Origin: Candidatus Hydrothermarchaeota archaeon
Lineage (GTDB): Archaea; Hydrothermarchaeota; Hydrothermarchaeia; Hydrothermarchaeales; WAQR01
Reading direction: 5' to 3'
Length of the DNA: 32,126 bases
Assembly (NCBI GenBank): GCA_015520145.1
Contig: WAQR01000125.1
Location: forward strand, 1-32,126
In this document: piece after piece, positions 15,465 through 23,285 of the stretch
How the letters are laid out: the number at the start of each line of letters is the position of its first letter
Numbering within the stretch: the stretch's first letter is position 1
The notes under the pieces: model-generated
The model's database searches: none
Told to the model about the DNA's origin: nothing
What the model saw: only the letters and a program-made list of their open reading frames with translations
Made by a program: the position numbers and the translations under genes

Positions 15465-16127
15465 CTATTTTTTTCTAGAAGACAGGGATGGAAACCGTTT
15501 TTTAAATTCGGCTGGCAGTTCAAGTTCCTTATCTTCTTTAAATGAGCCTTTCATGAAATTTATATAATCCTTATCAATAAAAAAGTCATGTACACCCTTC
15601 CCTTTAATAAGTAGAAAGGTGATCTTTGTGTCTGTGAACTTGTCAGATACATAGTACTGCGAATAGATGATTGCATCGTGCTCCGAGGTTGCGTGTCCTA
15701 CTATGATTGTCATGGGCCTCTCGCCAAAACATGTCATAATATTGCTTATAATTGCCCTCCCGTTCCCGCTTGGAAGTATGAATATATCTCCATTCTTCTT
15801 TTCGTAGTCTTCAAGTGATGCAATAATCTCCTTTTCGACATTAAAGTTTGCATCCATATCCTCCCCTTCAATCAGTACCAGGAATTCCGTTGGATAACCC
15901 AGCTTTTTCCAGTCTATAATCGCGGTGTATCCTTTGATTATACCCTGTGACTCCAGGTCCTTACGGTAATAGGACGCCGAATTTGCACTTTTTAGTTTCA
16001 GCGGCACCATCAGCTCTGAGTCAGATATCCTCCCATTTTTCAGGATGCTTGCAAGTACAATTGATTTCCTTTCATTCAATTCAGGCGATATTTTTCTGGC
16101 ATTTTTTATTTCTTCATCAGTTAACAT
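15465..16127 (-). CDS. Lrp/AsnC-family transcriptional regulator with an extended C-terminal region
   Basis: 220-aa ORF. ILKNGRISDSELMVPLKLKSANSASYYRKDLESQGIIKGYTAIIDWKKLGYPTEFLVLIEGE is the classic HTH_AsnC signature running into the ligand domain. About 45 extra C-terminal residues follow. The gene is AT-rich. Confidence 0.7.
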   Translation of the reverse strand: MLTDEEIKNARKISPELNERKSIVLASILKNGRISDSELMVPLKLKSANSASYYRKDLESQGIIKGYTAIIDWKKLGYPTEFLVLIEGEDMDANFNVEKEIIASLEDYEKKNGDIFILPSGNGRAIISNIMTCFGERPMTIIVGHATSEHDAIIYSQYYVSDKFTDTKITFLLIKGKGVHDFFIDKDYINFMKGSFKEDKELELPAEFKKRFPSLSSRKK

Positions 16128-16248
16128 TTTATCTGCCTAGTAATTATAATTATATCATCTATCATATAAATATTTTTTTATATTTTACTATAAAATATTC
16201 ACTTCTTTAAAAAAAATATACGTTATTCTACAAAAAAAGTTATCGAAA

Positions 16249-17862
16249 TTATAATTTCTTCCTCATGTATGGTCCAAATGCATGGTAGCCATGTTTCCTG
16301 TAGTACTCCCTTGTACCGATCGCGCTTGTTATTAGAATATTGTCTCTTCCATTTATTGCAGATACATTTTCAGCCTCTTTTAATAACAGCGCGCCAAGCC
16401 CCCTGTGCTGCCTGGCCTTTTTTATCTCTTTTCCGATAGGTACCATCTGCCCCACCACACGGAGCTCCCTGATAATTGCTGTCTTTCCATCAATCTCTTT
16501 ACGTCTGGCATCCTCTGAAGGAAATCTGAGGCGGAGATATGCGATAAGTGCATCATTTTCCACGTCTTCTGCTGAGATGAAATGCTCTTCTCCTCCAGAG
16601 GCCTGGTAGACCTCTTTTAGAACCTCGATTCCACCAATCTTTATGCCCTTTTTATATACGAGATGGCCGGCATCCCGGCATCTGATACATCGGCACCTGA
16701 AACCGTTCTCTTCAAGCTGTCTGTAAACCACATCGCCCAGATCGCCTTTTTTTACCCCTGCTTCAATAAGCTTAGCCGGGATATCTCGTTGTATGCGCAT
16801 GGTTCTCGTCCATTTAGGCATCTTTTTCTTTATCTCGGTTAAAAGGGCGGCTGCCTCCTCGTCAGAATATGGTGAATACTCTCCATCTTTCCACATATCA
16901 AAGAGTTCCGTCCCCCTGATGACAAGTGCCGGATAGATCTTGATAAAGTCAGGCTTGAAGTTCTCGTCAGTAAAGATGGTATCGAAGATTTTAATGTCGG
17001 TCTTAAAATTCGAGAAAAGCCCCGGCATGATATGGTAGCCGACTTTGAGCCCGGAATCCTTGAGCCTGCGGGTGGCGTCGATTACGTCTTTTATGGTATG
17101 TCCCCGTTTTACCTTCCTGTATATCGGATCGTATATTGTCTGGACGCCAAGTTCCACCCTGGTAACTCCGAGTTCGAGCATTTTATCTATCTGTCCCTGC
17201 CCTGCAAAATCAGGGCGGGTTTCAAGGGTTATGCCGACATTCCTTACACGTGCATTCTCGTTTTCGTTCTGTACGTCAATCAAGTCCGATTTCAGGCGGG
17301 ATGTTCTATTCGGCTCAAGGGCAGATTTAGCTGTTTTAGATAGCTTACCAGCTCCACCAAAATCATTCATTGCTTTAAGACTTTGGGTGATGAACCATTC
17401 CTGATAATCTGCCGGCTGGGCGTTGAATGTGCCTCCCATTACAATAAGCTCAACTTTATCGACAGGATGCCCGATTGATTCAAGCTGTTTTAACCTGTCG
17501 CTGACCTGTTTGTACGGGTCGTAACCAGTCCTCTTTGCACGAAGTGCGGCAGGTTCAAGACCCGTATAGCTCCTGGGAGAGTCCTCTCCTCCAGGACAGT
17601 AGATGCATTCTCCAGGACAGGGATATGGCCGTGCCATCACAGCAACAACTGCTATCCCTGACATCGTCCTTATTGGCTTTTTTACAAGGACTGGCAGTAG
17701 ACGTTCCAGGTCAGATCCATCCACATGGCTTAAGATTTCAGAGTTCGTTGGGATCCTGTCAAGTCTGTATTTTTTTGCAAATCGTGTTTTTATCCTTGTG
17801 ACGTCCTCTCTTGTGACGGTTTTGGTCTTCAATTCCTCGATGATGTCCTGGTAGATGTCCAT
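16249..17862 (-). CDS. elp3: Elp3-type tRNA uridine(34) modification radical SAM/GNAT acetyltransferase
   Basis: It has the radical-SAM cluster motif CPGECIYCPGG and a C-terminal GNAT motif HRGLGALLLKEAE. The conserved protein starts at MDIYQDIIEELK (ATG at complement 17860-17862, about 537 aa). The track ORF extends to 18321 across the spacer and into the pfkB gene, which I consider spurious. Confidence 0.9.
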   Translation of the reverse strand: MDIYQDIIEELKTKTVTREDVTRIKTRFAKKYRLDRIPTNSEILSHVDGSDLERLLPVLVKKPIRTMSGIAVVAVMARPYPCPGECIYCPGGEDSPRSYTGLEPAALRAKRTGYDPYKQVSDRLKQLESIGHPVDKVELIVMGGTFNAQPADYQEWFITQSLKAMNDFGGAGKLSKTAKSALEPNRTSRLKSDLIDVQNENENARVRNVGITLETRPDFAGQGQIDKMLELGVTRVELGVQTIYDPIYRKVKRGHTIKDVIDATRRLKDSGLKVGYHIMPGLFSNFKTDIKIFDTIFTDENFKPDFIKIYPALVIRGTELFDMWKDGEYSPYSDEEAAALLTEIKKKMPKWTRTMRIQRDIPAKLIEAGVKKGDLGDVVYRQLEENGFRCRCIRCRDAGHLVYKKGIKIGGIEVLKEVYQASGGEEHFISAEDVENDALIAYLRLRFPSEDARRKEIDGKTAIIRELRVVGQMVPIGKEIKKARQHRGLGALLLKEAENVSAINGRDNILITSAIGTREYYRKHGYHAFGPYMRKKL

Positions 17863-18190
17863 CTTGTGCACCTTAAAGAGCATCATTACATATATATGCA
17901 CCGTCTGCATAACTTTTATAAATAATCCTGGTGGCAATCCTGTTTTGTGACGGCAAAAGTCCTGGACCGAAAATGGGGGCTGAGGGCACCTGCAATGGCC
18001 CACGGGATTACAGACCACATATGGAGCTGGGAAGAACTCCTCTCGTTCGTAGTTCCGCCAAGGTAAGGGAAAATCGGCATGTAGTGACTGATACCTGTAG
18101 ACTGAGTAAATATTGGAGGAAGAAAAAAATGTATAAATAGGGGACATTACCCAAAAAATATTTACCTCAAGTATATTTACTCCTATACCC

Positions 18191-19135
18191 ATGGATGCAG
18201 TAACAGACGTAGTGACAATAGGCCACACAAGCATTGACAGGGTCAGGATAAAAGGCAGGGATAAGGTCCAGCTCGGCGGGGCGGCGGTATATTCTGCGAT
18301 GGCGGCGAAGATATTCAGCACTGTTGGAATCGTTTCGAGGGTGGGTGATGACTTTCCAGGACGCTTCTACTCGGTACTCAGGAAGCCCGGCATCAATACA
18401 GATGGGCTAAAAAAGGTCAGGGGCAAAAGCACCACCTTTTCAATAGACTATGATAAAGACGGTATGGCGGTCTATAAAGACTATGCGCTAAACGTCGGGG
18501 TCTATATCAGACCTGAGGACATCCCGAAGACCTACCTGGGCTCAAAGGGTTTCCATATAGCACCGATGGCTGCCACAAAACAGGAAATCTTCCTGGACTA
18601 TCTTAGAGAAAAGACACAAGGCGCTGACTGCACCATCTCGCTGAATACTCACATAGGCTATTTCTCCAGGTACAAGAAGAAGATATTTGAACTGATACCA
18701 AAAGTCGATATATTCACAATAAACGATGAAGAGGCGATTTGCCTGACTGACACAAGGAGGCTGGAATATGCGTTAAACGCATTGAAAAAGACAGAACACA
18801 ACATGATAGCTGTGACAATCGGGGTAATCGGCAGCATGGTAATTGATGATGAGATGACATTCTTCCCGTCGGTCTACCAGCCGAAGATAGTTGACCTTAC
18901 AGGTTGCGGGGACGCATTTGCAGGCTCGTTTATCTCAAGTTTTGTAAAGACAAAAGACCCACTAAAATCTGCAAATATTGCAAACAGTGTTGCGAGTATT
19001 GTGGCGACAGGCTGGAATTTCAAAACAATAAAAAATCTGAGATTCGAGTCAATGGAGAATTTTCAGAAATTTGTCGTCTCCAGACAGAAAAAGGCAGGGA
19101 GAACGCAGCGATCTATTGTCGATTACTCCTACTAA
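18191..19135 (+). CDS. PfkB-family carbohydrate/nucleoside kinase
   Basis: 314-aa ORF. The N-terminus reads VVTIGHTSIDRV...GGAAVYSA and the C-terminal anion-hole motif is DLTGCGDAFAGSF. Confidence 0.85.
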   Translation: MDAVTDVVTIGHTSIDRVRIKGRDKVQLGGAAVYSAMAAKIFSTVGIVSRVGDDFPGRFYSVLRKPGINTDGLKKVRGKSTTFSIDYDKDGMAVYKDYALNVGVYIRPEDIPKTYLGSKGFHIAPMAATKQEIFLDYLREKTQGADCTISLNTHIGYFSRYKKKIFELIPKVDIFTINDEEAICLTDTRRLEYALNALKKTEHNMIAVTIGVIGSMVIDDEMTFFPSVYQPKIVDLTGCGDAFAGSFISSFVKTKDPLKSANIANSVASIVATGWNFKTIKNLRFESMENFQKFVVSRQKKAGRTQRSIVDYSY

Positions 19136-19169
19136 CTTCACAAGAGTTATATCACAAGAGGTATATCAC

Positions 19170-20156
19170 GTGTACAACTTCAAAACAGATAGAATCGCAG
19201 AGATAATAAAAAAGAACGGCTACAGGACAGTCGGCCTCCAGATGCCAGAAGGGCTGAAAGATTATGCAACAGGCATCGCCGACGAGGTCTTAGAAAAAAC
19301 AGGATGCCAGATCATCATATCGTCTGACCCGTGCTACGGCGCATGCGACCTGGCAGATGTGGGTCTGAGCATATTTGGGGCAGACGCATTGTTTCATTTC
19401 GGACACGCCCCTGTCCTCGAGGCCGCGGATATCCCAACGTACTACATCGAGGTGCATATCGATACAGATCCCATCCCGCTGCTTGAAAAGAACCTCTCGA
19501 TGCTCGAAAAGAGGGTCGGACTTGTAACGACAGTACAGCACATAGGTTCTCTGGAGAAGGCCAAGCGATTCCTTGAAAAGAACGGGTTTGATGTCCATAT
19601 CGGGAAGGCCCGGGGCAGGACGAAACACGACGGGCAGGTGCTGGGATGCTCGTTTTCAGCCGCAAGAACTATTGCTGAGAATGTCGATAATTTCGTCTAT
19701 ATCGGGAGCGGTGATTTCCATCCGCTTGGCGTTGCACTGTCAACCGGAAAAAGGACTTATGCCTTTGATATCCTGCAAAACGAGGTAAGGGACATTGAGC
19801 CTTTAAAAGACAGGATAATCAAAAAACGGTTTGCAGAGATTGGAAGGGCAAAGGATGCCAGGACGTTCGGGATAATTGTCGGGAAGAAGAAGGGGCAGAT
19901 GCGAAAGGGTCTGGCAATCAGGATAAAAGAGAGCCTGGAGAAGCGAGGTAAAAAGGCATATCTCATATACCTTGATGAGATCACGCCAGAGAATCTGATT
20001 TCATTTAGAAAGCTCGATGCACTCGTCAATACTGCCTGCCCGAGGGTCACGATAGACGATGCAAAAAGATATAAACAGGTGCTTTTGACCCCGGTAGAAC
20101 TGGAGATTGCCATCGGGGAGAGGGGCTGGGAGGAATATAAGATGGACGAGTTCTAG
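19170..20156 (+). CDS. dph2: 2-(3-amino-3-carboxypropyl)histidine synthase (diphthamide biosynthesis radical-SAM enzyme)
   Basis: It is collinear with archaeal Dph2 (LQMPEGL, YGACD, GQVLGC, GSGDFHP, TACPRV). The GTG at 19170 is in frame and preceded by AGAGGT at about 7 nt. The track ORF start at 19071 overlaps the pfkB gene. Confidence 0.85.
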   Translation: MYNFKTDRIAEIIKKNGYRTVGLQMPEGLKDYATGIADEVLEKTGCQIIISSDPCYGACDLADVGLSIFGADALFHFGHAPVLEAADIPTYYIEVHIDTDPIPLLEKNLSMLEKRVGLVTTVQHIGSLEKAKRFLEKNGFDVHIGKARGRTKHDGQVLGCSFSAARTIAENVDNFVYIGSGDFHPLGVALSTGKRTYAFDILQNEVRDIEPLKDRIIKKRFAEIGRAKDARTFGIIVGKKKGQMRKGLAIRIKESLEKRGKKAYLIYLDEITPENLISFRKLDALVNTACPRVTIDDAKRYKQVLLTPVELEIAIGERGWEEYKMDEF

Positions 20157-20190
20157 GTCTGCCCGGGTTTTGGTCTCAAATACAGGTGGG

Positions 20191-20232
20191 CTGGAAGAGT
20201 ACTGGAAGAGGTCTGGAAGGGTGCAGGAAAAG
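20191..20232. repeat. 11-bp phased CTGGAAGAG-like motif x3-4
   Basis: CTGGAAGAG occurs at 20191-20199 and 20202-20210, CTGGAAGGG at 20213-20221, and the degenerate GCAGGAAAAG at 20223-20232. The array directly abuts TTATAAAA at 20233-20240. Confidence 0.85.
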
Positions 20233-20240
20233 TTATAAAA
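20233..20240 (+). promoter_or_regulatory. TATA-box-like element for nnr (near-leaderless transcript expected)
   Basis: TTATAAAA is centred about 29 bp upstream of the ATG at 20265. Archaeal TATA boxes sit about 26 bp upstream of the TSS. Confidence 0.4.
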
Positions 20241-20264
20241 CTTAAGACAACTACAAAAGATTCT

Positions 20265-21710
20265 ATGTCCCATGTCGAGGATACCTGGAAGGATTTAATC
20301 ACACACAGGCAGATGCAGATAGTCGATATAAACTCGGGCTACTTTGGCGTGCCTGGAGAAACACTTATGGAAAATGCCGGGAGAGAGGCGTTTTTGGAGA
20401 TCAAAGGCAGGTTCAAATTCAATACTGCTGTAATCTTCTGCGGTACCGGCAACAATGGGGGTGATGGTTTTGTCATTGCAAGATACCTCCATCACGACGG
20501 CAGAGACGTCAGGGTGGTCATTGTTGGTGACATGCCGAAAACCCCTGAGGCGGAAAAGAATTTTTTGAAGATAAAAGACCTGGTTGAAATATCTCAGTTT
20601 AAAAAAACGCCAATTACAGCAGACCTGATTATCGATGCGATTCTCGGCACGGGTATTAAAGGGGAATTGAGAGAACCTGTAAAATCTGCCGTTGAGCTGA
20701 TAAACAGATCAGATGCCCCAAAAGTGAGCATAGACGTGCCGACTGGTCTTGACTTTGATACTGGTAAAGGGGACTGTGTCAGGGCAGATATGGTCATAAC
20801 ATTTCATAAGATGAAAAAAGGGCTTGAAAGATTCAATACCGTTGTAAAGGATATAGGGATCCCAGAAGAGGCGGAGACCCACGTCGGTCCTGGAGATATC
20901 ATATTCAATTTGAAAAAGAGAAAAAGAGATTCGCACAAAGGAGACCACGGCAGGGTCGTAATCGTTGGAGGAAGCGACCTCTTCTATGGAGCGCCGATAC
21001 TAAGCGGGACTGGTGCATTGAATTCTGGAGCGGACCTCGTGTATCTTGTCGTTCCTGAGATAAATTTTGATATCACAAGGTGCTGCCGGCCGGATTTTAT
21101 TGTCAGGAAATATGATGGAGAATTTCTAAACAAAAATGCCGTTGATACCGTTTTGAATCTTTCAAAAGACTGTGATTCGATGGTCATTGGCCCTGGCCTT
21201 GGAGTAAAGGAGGAGACCCTGGATGCGGTTACCGCTATACTGGAGAGGACTGATATCCCGGCCGTTGTGGATGCTGATGCGATAAAAGCTGTTAAACCGC
21301 CAATTAAAAATGCGGTGATAACCCCGCATGCAGGTGAGTTCAGGTCAATGACAGGGAAATCCCCTGACCTTGAAACCGTCCTTGATTATGCTAAAAGGTT
21401 CAATTCTGTAATCGTTTTGAAATCCGCAGTCGATATAATTGCGGCACAAAACGGGCAGTACAGATACAATTCTACAGGGAACCCGGGTATGACTGTCGGC
21501 GGGACGGGCGATGTCCTGGCAGGTGTCACAGCAGGGTTTATCGCCCAGGGAGTCGGACTTTTCGAGTCTGCACTGTGTTCTTCTTTTATAACAGGATTTT
21601 GCGGAGACGAACTTGAGAAACGCAAGGGATACCGCTATACTGCAACTGATGTGGCAGAGGAGATCCCATTTTCTATAAGGAAGATCCAGCACATGGCAGA
21701 GAGGTTGTGA
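20265..21710 (+). CDS. nnr: bifunctional NAD(P)H-hydrate repair enzyme (epimerase plus ADP-dependent dehydratase, YjeF N+C)
   Basis: 481-aa ORF. The N-domain has FCGTGNNGGDGFVIARYL. The C-domain has HKGDHGRVVIVGGS, ITPHAGEF and GGTGDVLAGV. Confidence 0.9.
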   Translation: MSHVEDTWKDLITHRQMQIVDINSGYFGVPGETLMENAGREAFLEIKGRFKFNTAVIFCGTGNNGGDGFVIARYLHHDGRDVRVVIVGDMPKTPEAEKNFLKIKDLVEISQFKKTPITADLIIDAILGTGIKGELREPVKSAVELINRSDAPKVSIDVPTGLDFDTGKGDCVRADMVITFHKMKKGLERFNTVVKDIGIPEEAETHVGPGDIIFNLKKRKRDSHKGDHGRVVIVGGSDLFYGAPILSGTGALNSGADLVYLVVPEINFDITRCCRPDFIVRKYDGEFLNKNAVDTVLNLSKDCDSMVIGPGLGVKEETLDAVTAILERTDIPAVVDADAIKAVKPPIKNAVITPHAGEFRSMTGKSPDLETVLDYAKRFNSVIVLKSAVDIIAAQNGQYRYNSTGNPGMTVGGTGDVLAGVTAGFIAQGVGLFESALCSSFITGFCGDELEKRKGYRYTATDVAEEIPFSIRKIQHMAERL

Positions 21711-21794
21711 AATAAAATCCGTCCGGTATAATGCTCAAGAACCCATCTTGACAGTTACTTTAGTTGGCTTAGGGAGCAGAGTATCAAATTCTAT

Positions 21795-22892
21795 CTAGAG
21801 TTTAAATAGGCTGACAGCAAGCCCTATAAACGCAAGCCCTGCTGCAAAATACATGACGGCATGAAACCCGCCTCCAATTTGCGCAATCGCACCGCCCAGC
21901 AACGGCCCGACTGCCATAGAAATGCTTGTCACAGAATTTAATATACCGACTGATGTCGACTTCTCCCTGTTGTTATCTGTTAGATACTTCAAATTGCCGA
22001 CATAGAGATATGAAAACGAAATTGCAAGTAATATCTGGATCGGTATGACCTGGTAGAAATTATCAGGGAAGACATAAGATAAAAACACCAGGGCAGATAC
22101 CACAAGCCCGATATTTATGAGCCTGACATCATTTTTCCAGTCAAGCTGCCTCATTATAAAAAACTGCGTGCCGGCATTGATAAAATACATCGCCCCTATC
22201 CAGAATCTGGTTGCTCCAAGTTCTGCCAGATAGAGCGGGAATATAATCCAGATAGAGAATGCCGCAGTATGCCTCAAAAAGACCGGAAGATACACTACCC
22301 AGTTCTTCTTTATCACATCTTTTGGAAATAGCGGGACACTCACCCGAACCATCATCACCTCTGGCAGTCTCAGGGCTATAAGAAGTGAGATTAGAAAGAA
22401 GACAGAACTGAGTAAAAAGACCGCCCAGTACGGGAGGAGTGTATTTATATATATAAATGCCTCGCCCTGCTGGGCTATCACACCTGCAAGCAGCCCCCCG
22501 AATGCCCAGCCCAGTGACCCATACGAAGCGAAATTCCCAAGCTTTCGCCCTGACTCGTAGGTATAGGCTATCAGAGGTGCTGTAAAAATGCCAAGTGAAA
22601 AACCTGCAAGCCCCCTTATTATTATCAATGACCGGACGTCGTATGCAAATATCTGCAAAAAGAAAAAGACCGTTGCAGAGAAGAGTCCCAGCTTTAAAAA
22701 ACTCCTTCTATCCCTCATATCCGATGCCCTGCCAAAGATGAATGATGAAAGGAATATAGTAAGACCATACGAAGCACCGATTAGACCTATCTCTGTATTA
22801 GTTGCACCGAGTTCCATGGCAAGGTTCGGGATAAATACCGATGACATCATCGCTGATGTGTATGACAGAAAGAGGATTATATTTGACTTCAT
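21795..22892 (-). CDS. MFS-type transporter
   Basis: 365-aa ORF with about 10-12 hydrophobic helices and the GRASDMRDRR loop (MFS motif A-like) after TM2. Confidence 0.8.
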   Translation of the reverse strand: MKSNIILFLSYTSAMMSSVFIPNLAMELGATNTEIGLIGASYGLTIFLSSFIFGRASDMRDRRSFLKLGLFSATVFFFLQIFAYDVRSLIIIRGLAGFSLGIFTAPLIAYTYESGRKLGNFASYGSLGWAFGGLLAGVIAQQGEAFIYINTLLPYWAVFLLSSVFFLISLLIALRLPEVMMVRVSVPLFPKDVIKKNWVVYLPVFLRHTAAFSIWIIFPLYLAELGATRFWIGAMYFINAGTQFFIMRQLDWKNDVRLINIGLVVSALVFLSYVFPDNFYQVIPIQILLAISFSYLYVGNLKYLTDNNREKSTSVGILNSVTSISMAVGPLLGGAIAQIGGGFHAVMYFAAGLAFIGLAVSLFKL

Positions 22893-23127
22893 TATTTCAC
22901 CATCAAAGTTTCAATTTCAAAGCTCTTTTGATGCAGGAGTTAATAATTTTAACTGAAATGAACAGTTAATCGTGTTTTTGTTCAGTCTAATTAATATTTA
23001 ATCTTTTTAATCTGTTTACGGTTAATATAATACCACCGCAAGTAATATATATGCACGATAACCATTAAAACATTAACGGATGGTTAGTATTTCTTTCTAT
23101 TTTTCTAACCTCCGCTCTTACCCCCTT

Positions 23128-23148
23128 TTTTATGTAATTTACATAAAA
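23128..23148. promoter_or_regulatory. perfect 21-bp AT-rich palindrome (candidate operator)
   Basis: TTTTATGTAA T TTACATAAAA has 10-bp perfect arms around a single central base. It lies in the roughly 390-bp divergent MFS/HAD spacer. Confidence 0.5.
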
Positions 23149-23180
23149 TTAATATATGAGTTGTGTATGAAAATTATTCA

Positions 23181-23240
23181 GCCATGGGGGAGTTTGTAGC
23201 CCACCTACCACGTCCAAATTTTTTCTACCTCTCCCATGGC
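23181..23240. other. strong imperfect hairpin (candidate small structured RNA or regulatory element)
   Basis: GCCATGGGGGAG-TTT-GTAG ... CTAC-CTCTCCCATGGC gives about 16 bp of stem with one mismatch and a 3-nt bulge. The loop is about 25 nt and contains a T6 run. Confidence 0.4.
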
Positions 23241-23257
23241 GCATTTATATTCAGATT

Positions 23258-23282
23258 TTAGGATGGTATCTTAGGATGGTAT
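23258..23282. repeat. 12-nt unit x2, 13-bp period
   Basis: TTAGGATGGTAT occurs at 23258-23269 and 23271-23282, ending 3 nt before the HAD hydrolase ATG (23286). Confidence 0.9.
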
Positions 23283-23285
23283 TTT

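Noticed and set aside
15428-15470. C/D-box sRNA (GTGATGA C-box-like sequence at about 15429-15435).
   Set aside because: No downstream CTGA D-box at the right distance and no terminal stem. GATGATT is simply part of a 9-bp-period duplication.
17950-18090. RNase P RNA or ZTP-riboswitch-like motifs (GCAAAAGUCCUGGAC resembles the CR-I GGAAAGUCC; GGUAAGGGAAAA resembles GGUAAGGGUGAAA; UCCGCCAAGG resembles the ZTP CCGCCUGGG).
   Set aside because: I could not find the P4 partner or CR-V motif (ACAGAA.CCGGCUUA), nor a consistent pseudoknot. The matches are short and may be chance. An Infernal scan is needed before any such call.
17863-18321. N-terminal extension of elp3 (the track ORF is 690 aa, reaching 18321).
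   Set aside because: The conserved Elp3 sequence starts at MDIYQDIIEELK (17862), and archaeal Elp3 is about 540 aa. The extension crosses AT-rich promoter-like DNA and overlaps the pfkB gene antisense. Its translation is Cys-, Pro- and aromatic-rich with no recognisable motif. The stop-free GC-rich core is reported separately as a finding.
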